Notes under the pieces: model-generated
What the model was told of the DNA's origin: nothing
Seen by the model: the letters and a program-made list of their open reading frames with translations, nothing else
The model's database searches: none
Shown: positions 30,444 to 43,185 of the stretch, piece after piece
Position numbering within the stretch: position 1 is the first letter of the stretch
Layout of the letters: every line of letters starts with the position of its first letter
NCBI GenBank assembly: GCA_000165425.1
Contig: CT867988.1
Coordinates: forward strand, 217,370 to 281,369
Direction of reading: 5' to 3'
DNA: 64,000 bases
Source of the DNA: Paramecium tetraurelia
Lineage: Eukaryota
Program-made: the position numbers and the translations under genes

Positions 30444-31884
30444 TCATTTTAAATTTGCTATCTTTTTTTTAATTAGTATGACTATGCCTACTCCAGCGAT
30501 TAATAGCAACAAAACTACGATGAAAAATACTAATGCCCAACCAGGGGTTTCCTCTTCGATCTGATTAATAAAAATAAATTATAATTTTTACAAGTATTTC
30601 ATCATCTTTAGCTATTCCACATTCCTTTTTATAATCAACTTATGTTGCCATTAATTTAGACCGTAAGTTTGAATATAAGCATGTGTTACCTTAAATAGAA
30701 CACAGAGGCATATACTCACCATTATATAATACTTTAACATATGGTCCAGTGATTGAATTATTGTAGAGTTCAAATATTAAATTAAATGCAAAATCAATAT
30801 ACTAATGAATCCATAAATATCGATACTTTTGTAATGCAATATGGGTGAGTTACATTTTTTTTAAGATAAATATCAGCTTAACATTAAGCACTTGTCAAAT
30901 TAAGAGCAGATAATGCAGCCAATATGGTAGAATCATGAGAAGAGGATCCATAATACTTAAAATTAGAAGTACCATTCAAAATGCTATCAAAACGATCAAA
31001 AACTTATTTAAAGTAAGGAGTTGAATAAAGATTTACTTATCTAATATAAAAGAATAAATAAAATAGATACTCTTGTGTTTAGAACCTTTCAAGACTAAAT
31101 GCCAAATTAGCGATATCATCAATTTGTTATAATGTTTCTGCTTTCAAATTTTCAGGCATTTTATCTCCATTGTATCTATTACAAACAAATGTGTCTCTAA
31201 AATCAGAAAGTGTGATGAAGTCATTCACTTGTTGATCACCAGTTAAATTTACCTATTCATTAAAGTCTTTGTATAATTTTGAACTGTAATCATTAACCTC
31301 TTTATATAGGTCCGTTTTTAGGTTTTGAACAACCATTTCAGAACCTTTTGGGCATGAAAGTGCAAGAGCATAATCCGTTTCTTTTTGTTTGGTATGTATG
31401 GGTATTAATTAAATATTGTTGGGCAAGGCATAATCTCCTATTCCTGCAGGAGTAACAGCTCCCTTATTGGGAGGTAAAAGCAATTAAGCATTTTCATCCA
31501 CAAAATGAGGTACATTAGGTCCTTCTGGATACATACCTTATAGGTTGCAATAAGCACTTTACAGAGTCCTAGAATTTGAGGAGGCTACAATTACCTATTG
31601 ACATCTGAACTTTCTATGTATATTTCATTTTCATTAAATGTTGATGACAAAAGTGGGGTAACTTAAATATATCTTTTTCTTAACCATTTTCCCAATATAT
31701 ATTATTGTCTCATTCCGGTAGGTGTTAATAAAGCACTATCTCCTTTTGCTACGTTCAGATCACATTCATAATTGCAGAAATAAGGATTTCTTGCCCCATG
31801 TCTCCAAATGGCCTACACAGCAAGCAATTCATCTTAACAAAGAACATGATATAGATTGAATACTAAAATGAGAACTTATTTCAT
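30444..31884 (-). CDS. Histidine acid phosphatase (lysosomal type, signal peptide plus C-terminal TM)
   Basis: WRHGARNP, LTPTGMRQQ, SSHDSTI, TM segment WALVFFIVVLLLLIAGVGIVIL. Confidence 0.92.
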
Positions 31885-31946
31885 TTAAATAATATCCAAA
31901 TAATAAGTGTATTATGAAATATCTAATATTCCTTAATATTTGTAAA

Positions 31947-33456
31947 TCATAATAACATTTTGAATATTTCTTGGTTTGGTTATAATATTCTATGTGTAAT
32001 CTTTAATTCTTCCATCTTATTCTTCAAGGCTTCAAAATCTTGAGGCTTTTTAACCTTCACTCCCACTAAAGCAGGCCCCTTTTCTCTATTGTTTTTTCTT
32101 GTGTATTCCAAATTGGTGACTTCATCAGTTGGACCTTAATTATATATAAATTCTATACCTAAACATTGAATTAAGAATTGTTTTAATGCTCCTGGCTTTT
32201 AGAAAAAGTTTACAAACATGTAATATTGCAACCCTTAATGAATCTCTGATAACATTCTAATATCTGTCATTCTTCCTAAATCATTATTACTCCCAGAAAT
32301 CAAACAAACTACAGTCTTACCTTGAATTTATTCTTTGAATCTATCAAGTGCACTAATTGCTAAGGCACCTGCAGGTTCAACTAGAATACCTTCCTCATTA
32401 AACAATTTCATCATAGTAGTGCATACATGACCTTCAGGTATCAAAACCACTTCCTTTAATACTGAATTTAATATGTCAAATGGCTTAGCCCCTGACTTTT
32501 TAATTGCTGCACCATCCACAAATGTGTTAATAGTCTCCAACTCTACTATTTACTATTACTTAATAGCCTCATACATTGAAGGAGATCTAAATTTATATTT
32601 TTGTACATACCCTTCAGGTTCTACTCCAATTAATATAGTCTAAGGACTGACTTATTTGAAATAAGATGATATGCCTGCTCCGCATCCTCCTCCTCCTACT
32701 GGGAAGAACATGAAATCTACTTAATCCTCATTAATATCTTCTAAAATTTCAACTGCTATTGTTCCTTATCCTTCAATTATCTTTTCATCATCAAATGCAT
32801 GAACATAAATCCCATTTTCAGTATTGCATTTTTCTCTACTTGCTCTGAAACTCTCATCAAATGTATCTCCGACTAATTCGATTTAGGCATATTGTTTTCC
32901 CCAAGATCTAAAATTAGATGACATTGTATACTTCACAGCATTAAACTTAATACTAGGAGTATTAGTAGGCATGTATATGATACAATTAATCTTCATTAGA
33001 TTACAAACATAAGCTACACCTTGTGCATGATTACCTGCACTAGCACAGAATACTGTTCTATGTCTTTCATTTTCAGGAATTGAAATTATCTTATTATAAG
33101 CTCCTCTTAATTTATAGCTTCTTACAATTTGTAGATCTTCCTAAAATTATACATAGTCATACTCTTTTAATGTAGACATTAGCTCCAAAATATTCAGAAA
33201 GTTTCATTGATTTTTATGTGGGCGTTCTTGTTACCACATTCTTTAATACCTTATAAGCACTGTAGATTTTGTTCACCGGAATCAATTTTGACATATCAGG
33301 AGGATGATTATAATTTGCTATATCCACCTATATAGATTATTTCTATGTGCTTTCTTGATTATTAGAATGTGAATGAGTGACTTTCTTCTCAGGAGTATCA
33401 AAGCTATCGTTCTTAGCTAGGTTTAAAGATGAGTGGGCTTTTTTTTAAATATGCAT
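31947..33456 (-). CDS. ilvA: Threonine dehydratase, short single-regulatory-domain type
   Basis: KREDLQIVRSYKLRGAYN, ASAGNHAQG, PVGGGG, TFVDGAA, VEPAGAL, C-terminal QKPGALK...LGPTDEVT...KNNREKGPALVG. Confidence 0.93.
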
Positions 33457-33576
33457 TATTTCAGAATAAATAAATATTTCTCATTATTTAATCATCTAAT
33501 AAGTCCAAATTACAATGTTCTAAAATTCTTGATGTAGTAATATTTATATCAATATAGCAATAATTATTATTTAAGA

Positions 33577-34286
33577 ATGAGAAATTCTGACGATTACGAT
33601 TATCAATATAAAATAGTTATCATAGGGGATTCAGGAGTTGGTAAAACTAACATTATGACTCAATTTACAAGAGGAGAATTCTCAGAAGAAACTAAAACTA
33701 CAGTTGGTGTAATAAATTATGATTTTTAGGTGGAATTTGCCAATAAATAGCTAGTTATAGACGATAAAATCATCAAAGCGTAATTATGGGATACAGCTGG
33801 ATAGGTAAATCGTTCTATTAAGTTCAGGAACGTTATCGAGCCATCATCTCATCCTATTATAAAGGTGCATCCGGAGCTTTAATTGTTTTTGATATTACAA
33901 AATAATCTACATTTGATAATGTGGATCGGTGGATGAAGGTAATATCCTTTTAATAAGCATAGGAGGTTCAAGAAAGCACTTCAAATGAGATATCAATCAT
34001 TTTGGTTGGGAATAAATCTGATCTCAGACATTTAAGATAGGTCTCTTCAGATGTTTCATCTGCCTATGCTTCCAAACACAAGATTGCCTTCCTTGAAACC
34101 AGTGCTAAGGATGGAGCGAATGTTAATGAGGCGTTTAACAAACTCATCAATGGTAAAGCTTTGATACTCAATGTAGAAATTCATTCTAAAAATAAAAACA
34201 ATTCTATCTACACTCAAAAGAAAACTAATTAATAAATCACAGAAGCAGTCCAAATTGATAGTCAAAAGGATTCTGGTTGCTGTTGA
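33577..34286 (+). CDS. RAB11: Rab11-family small GTPase
   Basis: [42 protein letters not shown]-terminal GCC*. Confidence 0.9.
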
Positions 34287-34584
34287 TGAATATCATCTAT
34301 TATATTTAAATTATATATTTTATTCTTGCTTATTCCTTTATATGGAATGAATGATGATTCAAAACATAATAGTTTATACATTTTTGCCCTCTGTTTTACA
34401 AATGTGTAACTCTGCTTATTATTGATTAACGTTTGATATGATGGTTTATTTGGGCAAAGTAATAAGCATAGATAATAATGTTGGTTTCTAAAGTACTTTT
34501 GGCTGATAATCGTATGATAGATGAGGGGAGAAATAAATTATTAATTAAGAATAATTGATATGCTTTTGATATATTTGTAATATC

Positions 34585-35803
34585 TCATGCTCCCTTGAGT
34601 TATGATTTAACATAGTCTTGGAATCTTGGTTGGTTGAGCAAATCTAAAGCTTAATTGGCAGCATTGATTTCCTTGTTGTATTCAGCAACGGTGGCATTAT
34701 AGACGTCAGTAGCAAAGGCATAGTCGTCATTTTCAGCTTACAATTATCCATTGAGGGTGGCCAAATCTTCATCAAGTTCATCAATTAAGTCAAGAGTTTA
34801 TTCTTATTTGGCTATTGGTTGTTAGATTGAAATGAATACTTGTGTTGGCTTCGATTTCAGCATTCTTAACAACAACAGCTCTTTAGAATTCAGCGTGTTC
34901 TTAGTTCAATGCAATGACTTAAGCGTTATAGTCGGCAACTTATTCAGCTTCATCAGCAGTGATTTGATTGAGTGAATCAACTAATTCAACTCTCAAGTTA
35001 TTGAAGGCGACAATAATCTATAGGATATTAGTTAAGAAATTACATCTCTAAGAGCACCTTAGTCAGCAAAGTTGGAATCGACTGTGATTTCCAATAAAAC
35101 TTTAACAAAGATTTGGAATTGATTGTGCTTTTTCAATGAGTTTTGGATTTTGGCCAAATTCTTTTAGACCTTCTTGACTTCAGCAAGAGATGGTGCTGCA
35201 ATTGTGCTCAACAATTATAAGCATTCGTCAATAGCAGAAATAGCATCGTTGTGTTCGACAACTTCAGATTCGAATGTTTCGTGATCATTGGCTCTTTAGA
35301 CTGTTGCTTATTCAAGGGTTTATCTGTTATGAGCAATGTTTTCTTATAATTATTCAAGTTAGGCAGCAAATCTTTCTCCTTATGGGATGAGGACGTTGTC
35401 ATAGAAATCGTGAGCATTGAACAATTCTAAGGAAATAGTAAAACCGATAAAGTACCTCTTTCCTTATCTTAGATTTCTTATTCGAGTCTGGCGACTTCTC
35501 TGTTGTGGACATCTGTTCTTCTGTTGAATTCATGATGAACTCCGGCCAATTCCTCTTCCATTTCACCAATCTATAAACATATTAACTCTCAATAAGTACA
35601 AGCTTCTCAATCTCAGAGTTGAGCTCAGAAAGAATACCTCCTGTTGTTAAATGGAGTTCAGCAAAGTTCAAGATGAATTTACCCCAACCAGATTGGTGGA
35701 TCTAAGCAAATGCTTTTTGGTCTTTGCTTGTCCAAATTGAGGATTAGACGTTTATGGCTGTTGAGGCTAGTACTAACAATGCACACACGGCAACTTTGAA
35801 CAT
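34585..35803 (-). CDS. Trichocyst matrix protein precursor, T1-like
   Basis: Signal peptide [54 protein letters not shown]; acidic heptads with central basic domain. Confidence 0.9.
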
Positions 35804-35972
35804 TTATTGTAATTAATAATGAATTCCTTCTAAGGATTATTTTGCTAAAAAAAGGCAAAAACGAATTTTTCATTTCATATTAATTAAACATATAATCACA
35901 TTATTATTCAATTTTCTTAGTGTTCTTCATATTCATACTACAAAACTGCAAATAAGAATATATATATTATTA

Positions 35973-37001
35973 TCATTTGATTTTCTAAACTCTAATGTCA
36001 TAGTTATCTAATTTTTTCTATTATTAAATTTGATCCGCTCTCATTTTTATATATAATTCTCTAAATCTTCTTCTTTCTCTCCTTCTGCGCCTCCTCTTTG
36101 AACTAAAACCAAAAATTCAATTTCCTATTACATATCCCATCAAACTGTATCCATTTCCACTCAGATAAACTCCTCTCCCTTTTATGACTCCCAATCTAAA
36201 TTCACCGTCGTAGTAGCTGCAATCACTCCAAATCATAGTCCCCGACCCATCTGCTAAGTTTTTCCTTAATTCCCCTTCGTATCTATTATTTTTATCATAA
36301 ATCAAATGCTACTTGTATCCATCTTTAAAATAGATAATGCCCTAACCATTTTTTTATCCATCCTAAAACTATCCGTAATATCGTTATCCATCCTTTCGAA
36401 ACTCCTATCCCTCTCCAGATAAATTATTATCTATCCAAATCCCTAATTTCTTCACCCTAAATTACCTTTCACTGTCTTTTCCGATGTTTGAAACAGTCCA
36501 AATCCATTGGCTCTTCCTTATTTAAATAAGTACTCAAAACTAATTACTTTTATTATTAATTGATATATATCTTTATTTGAATACACCATCCTACAATAAC
36601 CTTCTAATTGATCATTATCCCAATTTCTAAATATATAATTTATCATCTATTTTACCCATCTAACACATTTCCTTATTCTGGCCAGATTTATACACCTGTA
36701 CCAATTTTTCTACTTCCATCTCCTTAAACAAAATATACACTTCCATCGTTTTGTTATATAATTTAGTATTTGGGGTTTACATCATACAGAGGACCCAAAC
36801 TATCATAAATTTATCGAATTTCAGATGGAATTTTCCTTAATAATTCATTTATTCTCTCATCTTTCTATTGACTAGTTTTATGACTGTTTTGCATATCTTT
36901 ATTAACAAGCTAAATTATTTTTACGTACTTTCATAGAAAGAAAGCTTAATAATTTCTTGAGATTATTTCTCTGACTCATTAGTTCCAGATTGATTGTCCA
37001 T
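35973..37001 (-). CDS. MORN repeat protein
   Basis: Repeated Y-x-G-x-W/F...G-x-G units, e.g. YEGELRKNLADGSG, YDGEFRLGVIKGRG. Confidence 0.85.
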
Positions 37002-38609
37002 TAGAATTGTAAAGAATAATATTAATTAACATTAATAAAAATCAATTAAAAGTAAGAATATATTAAAAGATATCAATTTTAAGATTTGTATCAATTTAAT
37101 ATTCGCAGGAAATGTCTCTAAAGGAATTTCTTAAACATAGACTAATCCCTTTGATGAATTGTAAATTGAATAATTAATTAAATCCTGTCTCTCTTTCTCA
37201 CATAATATTTTCAAATACTAATCACATTTTAGATAATAATATCCTTGATCAATATATAAAAAGGTTTCAACTTCATCAAATTGAGATTTTTTTAACTAAA
37301 TTATTCAACTAATCAATATTTCTCTGGAATCCGATCTCAATTCCTCTCCTAGTAATCTCTAATAATAAAACAAGTTTCTAGATCAAACTTTTCGCTTAAT
37401 TAATATCCTAAAGTTTCTTCAAATCTCAAAAAATATTTATTAATGTAATTTAATTTATTAAAAATTTTTTGAATAATAAATTAATGATTCTTATTCTAAA
37501 TTAACACGATAAGCTCTTAATATTTAGTTTTCTCACATTATTTTTTCAATTAATTCTAAATGTGTTTTTATACACTTTATTATATTGTTTTATATCTGTT
37601 TATATTTAATGATTAGAAGTTTTATAAACGATCATATTAATTCATAAAACAAAAATTAATATAAATATCGGTCTCTAACGTCTATTTTAGAGTTTCAGTC
37701 AAAACAGAAATTTCTGTTAAATATAATCCAAATGATTGTGGAATTAGATTTAAGTTAAAAGAAAAAGACAATCAAATGATTGCCAATCTGGATTAATTTG
37801 ATTGTGTTAATTATTGTGATAGTATAAAAAATCCTTCATTTATCATAACCCTATTGATAATAATAATTAATTCTAAGATTATTTCCACTCATTCTTAGAC
37901 CAAAGTCCATAAATCATCTATATTGATTCTATAATTAGATTAATGTAGGAAAATAGAAAAGAAGTTTATGAAACAGAAATCAGTCAACTTGAGGTGATTA
38001 TTAAAGTACTTAAAATGAAGACAAATGAACAATATTATTGTAAATCCAATTGTTCGTGAGTACTTTTGTTTCTTGATGAAATCCTTTTAAGTCACTTTTC
38101 TCTATAATTTTAGTGATTGTAGTATTTTGGAATGCCATTATTCATTATAAATTTCTAATATGAGGTACAAAAATTATATTGAAATACTATAAAGATCTTT
38201 AATATCTTTAGTTTAAAAGTAGTCTAAAATATTGAAGGTTCTGTCTAAACATAATTAAATTGTAAATATTGTTTCTTTAATAAAATATATAAAATATAAG
38301 AATTTATTTGAGAAATGCTTATCAAAACGCACTAATTATAAATAATACAAAAATATACGATTGTGATTTAATCACAGTTGGTGAAAAAGTATAAAATCGT
38401 TATTTATAAAAAGAAAATGAAATCTATAGTTTAGTATTTATATAGAATTCAGGCTTACATAGTGTATTTATATATACAATTATTTGAATGAAGTGTATGG
38501 CTATGGTGAAAGTATGAAAATCAAAGATTTTGATAGGAAGTGTGGATTAATCTAAGTTAATTAATAATTAATTAGTGATTATTGTATTATTAAAACGAAG
38601 AATTTTTAT

Positions 38610-38630
38610 TCCGTTTTTGGTATTAATAAA
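38610..38630 (+). promoter_or_regulatory. Candidate TMP upstream element TCCGTTTTT...ATTAATAAA
   Basis: Same words upstream of the TMP at 41995 (41967-41989); variant TTCGTTTTT upstream of the TMP at 35803. Confidence 0.4.
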
Positions 38631-38636
38631 TTAATT

Positions 38637-39771
38637 ATGAGAACTCTTGTTGCCCTTTGCTTAGTGGCTGCTGTCTTCGCTATTGACACAAACAAATTTG
38701 CCGTCCTCCTCCAAACTGGTACTAGAGGAAACGATGCTGTTGAATCAGTTTACAACCTTTTGAGAGATTTGAAAACAGAAAATGTTAATGTCCTAAGCTG
38801 CTGCTGATAAGAAGAATAATACAGATGAGGGTATAATATAAATTAAAAATAGAAATCTTTTCTTAAGTTATTGGTGACTTGACAAATGTTGCTTCCCTTA
38901 ACAAATAATAATGGGAAAGATTGGGTGCCGTTCGTACTGATGTTGAAGCCTAAATTAGAGTATGCTATTTCCCCTTAAGATTTAGGATGGATATTCATGG
39001 TTGGCATGGGCTGAAGCAAGACTTGCTGAAATTGAAAGAAGAAATGCTTAACTCTAAGACTAAAGATGTTGGGCTAATGGACTCTTTGTCAAATCATTGG
39101 CTGATCATGGTGATGCAGTTGCAGTTGTTTAACTCTTATCACAAGACGTTGCTGGATGGCTCACAAACAATGCTGGTGTTGAATTAGTTCAAAAGGCTGA
39201 AACCATAGCTGACAAATTGTCTGCCTACAGTCACCTCTTCTAATAAGATGCCATGGAAAAATTCTAATCACTTGCTGAAGTAAAGAGAGACGGTACAACT
39301 GGAGAACAAGTTCTTGCCATCTTATCAGACTTATAAGCTGAATTAGAGGCAACCCTTGCTACACTCTAAACATAAGAAATCCATGCTGCTTTCGCACTTG
39401 CAAAATACGTATCTGACACCAATGCCGAAGTTGCTTGGTTGAACTCTGAACATGAAAGAAGAACAGGTCTTGTTGAAAAATTAGAAACTGTATGAATTGT
39501 GTTTTAAGTATTGTATAGCAACTTCCAGCAGTTCTTGCTCAATAAGCTAAAGCTCTCAAATTATGGAAAGACTCATTGAATGCCGTTGCTGGTGCCACTG
39601 CTGATTTGGAAGAGAAAAGAGAATTCTATGCTTCAGAAACTGCAAGAAGATAAGGTACTTAATATATTTAACCCTTTATTAGAGGAGAATGCTATCATCG
39701 ATGTTGTCATCTAATTGTTCAAGGATCAAGTTAGAGCCTTAGCCTCATAAACATCCCTTGGAAGAAAATGA
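38637..39771 (+). CDS. Trichocyst matrix protein precursor with an apparent 1-nt insertion at ~38792
   Basis: Signal peptide MRTLVALCLVAAVFA, acidic helical repeats, RRQEENAIIDVVIQLF end; high-expression codon bias. Confidence 0.8.
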
Positions 39772-39846
39772 TTAGATTATTAATATTCAATTTAAGAATA
39801 AGCATCAATTACATAAATTCATTTAATTATATATATAATTATTGAC

Positions 39847-40463
39847 TCATTCATTTATTGGAGAGTAATCATATTCAGCCTTATTATGCATAACCAAAGT
39901 GTCACCAACGAAATAAAAACTATCTGATTTTGTATCAAAAGGATTTTCTATCATTAATTATTTCTTTAATAAATAAGTATCCTTACAATATCTTCCGCAA
40001 TCTCTGGAATTGTATAGATATGTTCCCATGTATTCGTTGAATTTGGAATGCAAAATGGAAATTAGAATTCGTAGCTCCTCAATAAGACATTCCTGAAATA
40101 ATGCCTTTCAATTATAGTAAAGTTTTTGATGGGTTTATCCCCTACAGAAAATGTTAGCTGTGCTCCTATCGTTTTTAATTCAAAAAATTAAGGACCAAAG
40201 TGATATTTGATTCTTCTGGAATCATCTTGGAGAGCTGGCGGCAGATTTTCTGATCACATTAAATTGAAAACTTACCAATTGATTCTTCATCTGGATCTCG
40301 CTCAACTTCAAAGAGAACTTATCCTGATTCCATATCTCTAATTCTGAATTTTAAAAATTAGATATTATAAATATTTGCAGATATCGGACACAAAAATCTA
40401 TTCAATAAATCTATTCATTACTCTTTTGTTATTTCCTACAAATTTCTTGCATAATCCTAGTTT
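39847..40463 (-). CDS. UNC119: UNC119 (GMP-PDE delta family) lipidated-cargo chaperone
   Basis: [57 protein letters not shown]. Confidence 0.93.
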
Positions 40464-40938
40464 ACTTTCTACCCTGCCTGCATTAAATTTAAATAATATA
40501 ATATTAAAATATTTATCATATTCAATCTTTTTTTATAACTCTAAAAACAACTAATAACTAGAATTTTGCAAATTCTATAAGCATATCCTTGCTTCATATT
40601 TTCCATTTTCTTTTACATTTACCAAAGTTCCTCCTTCTTTAATATTCTAATCATTATGTTGTTATATCATTTTCACTTTCGGATGTTTTCCCATTTTCAA
40701 TCCAATCCCTTATTATATTTATTATTGCAAAATAATAAAATATTAAAAGTCTAAAAGTACTTATGAATGTAATATACATCCACAATCCTTATTTATAATA
40801 CAGGAACCCATATTTGATATCTATAATTGATCTTCATTTACAGAGACATTTTAAATCATTGAGGATTAATGTTGCTTTCTGTAAATTTTAGAGTTTAAAC
40901 ATTTCAATTTGAATATTAATGTACTTTATGTTTAATAA

Positions 40939-41435
40939 TCATTTTCTTGCAGCTAAAGCTACTTAAGTTGCAATTCTATTTAAGTCTTACTGTCCTTCCT
41001 TGGTAACAATTCTTGATCCCTTCTTTAAAAGTGATTTATTGTCTTTCTTCAAGACCTTAATTGATTCTAATTGTTAGAGCAAATATCTAATAACTTTTCC
41101 TGATCCTGATTCATGTTTTCCATTATCATTGACTGATCCAAACATATGTGTAAGATTTCCAACACCCTAAGTTAGGTATTTATGAATAAAGTACCCAATG
41201 ACCTCTCACATAAATCTTTCTAGCAAGTGCTGCAGCTCTAACATACATCCAATCTTAGTCTATAGGTGAGATTTCTTTTCCAAGACCTGTTTTCACAATT
41301 GATGCCCATTCAGGGATTTTTATTTTATTATTTTTCTTTAAGTACTCTGCATATCCTCGAATGAAGTCTTAAGCGGGAACATCCTTTCATAAATTTAAGT
41401 ATAAATACCTTCACAGTATAAAATGGTGCTGACAT
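40939..41435 (-). CDS. RPS19: 40S ribosomal protein S19
   Basis: TVKDVPAQDFI, PEWASIVKTG, DWMYVRAAALARKIY, LLQQLE, GQQDLNRIA. Confidence 0.95.
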
Positions 41436-41994
41436 CCTATGATAAAAAAATTAAATAAATATTTTTTTGAATATTTCTTAAGATTCTTTTAATTATTAAA
41501 AAGACCTTAATCCTATCTCTTAAGATAAAAGGTATAAGTAAAATTATTCAAAATATTTCTATGATTGTTCTTAATATGATATATATAAATAAATATAGTT
41601 TAGAAGGTGGAAAACGAAAGTAAACAGATATTTAAAAACAAAGTTGGAATTGTTATAATCTGTCAAAAGTTCAAAATTTACTTTATTAGAAAAATTAGTT
41701 TATGATAATATGCACTAATTATAAAATAAGATTAAAATATATGAATAAGATTTGTAAATGATAATATAAATTACTGGGAGGGCTCTAGTGAACAGATAAA
41801 GAGAAGTAGAATAATATGAAAATATTTTGGACTCATACTATAAGGATGGATTTATATTTGATGATTAAAAGAGAAAGGAGATATTTAGGAAAGTTGAGAG
41901 ATGGATATTTATATAATTAGATCGTAATTAATAATAATTAATTGTATATTATAAGCATTTGATCGATCCGTTTTTAAAACATTAATAAAAATAT

Positions 41995-43185
41995 ATGCAA
42001 AAACTAGCCATCTTGACATTAGTTGTTGCCCTTGCAGCTTCCAAATTTGTTGATACTCACGCATCCTTGGCTCAGATTGATTCTGATCCATTTGGAAATG
42101 TTGTGTTGTCAGCTGTTAAGGCTCACATTCAAGCCCAAACACCAGCCAACGAAGTTAATATGTTATTGAACGGTGTCGCCGCTGGATTTGTAATAAGATT
42201 AAAATGATCACGACCACGCTTTCGAACTTGACACAACTACCAACAACAGAGTAAGAATATTTATAAAGAATATCTTAGATTGTCGAAGATTTGGAAAAGG
42301 AAATCTTATATCACTAAAATCAAATCTCATCTAACACTTAATTGAGAGATGACACAATTGAAGCTTTGGCTGTTTCTGAAGAAGACATCAGAGTCACAAT
42401 TCAAGACATCGCAACAAATGAATAAACTTATGCTAGAGAAGAAGCCACAAGAAACTAATAACACGAAACCTTTGTTGCTAAGGTTGCTGCCATTGATGAT
42501 GTTATTGATGCCATTGATGAAGCTAGCCAAATTAATTCAACATTTGAGTTTAGGTGCTTCATTCGTCTAAGTCAAATCAAAATACGAAACAATTCACAAG
42601 AGACTTACAGACAACACATCCCATTCCCAACTCTTACAAGTATTCAGTTTCTCAATATCTTTCTTCTAGCCAGTCGTTGCTGCTCTTACAGAATTAGCCA
42701 CTCACGGAGTTAACTAAAAGGCTTTAACCAAGATTGCTTAACTCTTGAGCGAAATCAGATAATAATTGGTCTCAGAAAAGGCTACTAAAACTGTAATCAT
42801 TCAATCCAATAAATAAGGACGTCGAAGAAAGATAAGCTGCTCACTGGGCTGAATTCAGCGCTCATTTGAGTAACGAACACACCAGATTAGTCGAAAGAAA
42901 AGCCTAATTGGAAGTCTAAATCTAAGAATAAAAGGATACTATTGAAGATGCTCAATCATGGATCGAATTCCACACCTTAGAATTGGAAAACAGTGAAGAA
43001 AGACTTGCTGGATAATAAGCATGGTATGCAGTCTAATCAGAAATCTATGAAACTCAAACTGCTGAAAGGTATCAATTTACACAAAAAAAAATAGAGAAGC
43101 TTAAAACGAAATCGTTGATAGACTCCAAGAACACATTAGCGAGAAATTATCAACCACCGCTCAATTCATCAGCAAGAGAAATTGA
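41995..43185 (+). CDS. Trichocyst matrix protein precursor with two apparent 1-nt insertions
   Basis: Signal peptide, DPFGNVVLSAVKAH, REEATRN...FVAKVAAIDDVIDAIDEA; the frame shifts at ~42188 and ~42525. Confidence 0.8.

Noticed and set aside
19678..42525. Euplotes-style programmed +1 frameshifting as the cause of the insertions
   Set aside because: None of the four sites has the AAA-TAR signature, they share no motif, and TAR is not a stop in this code
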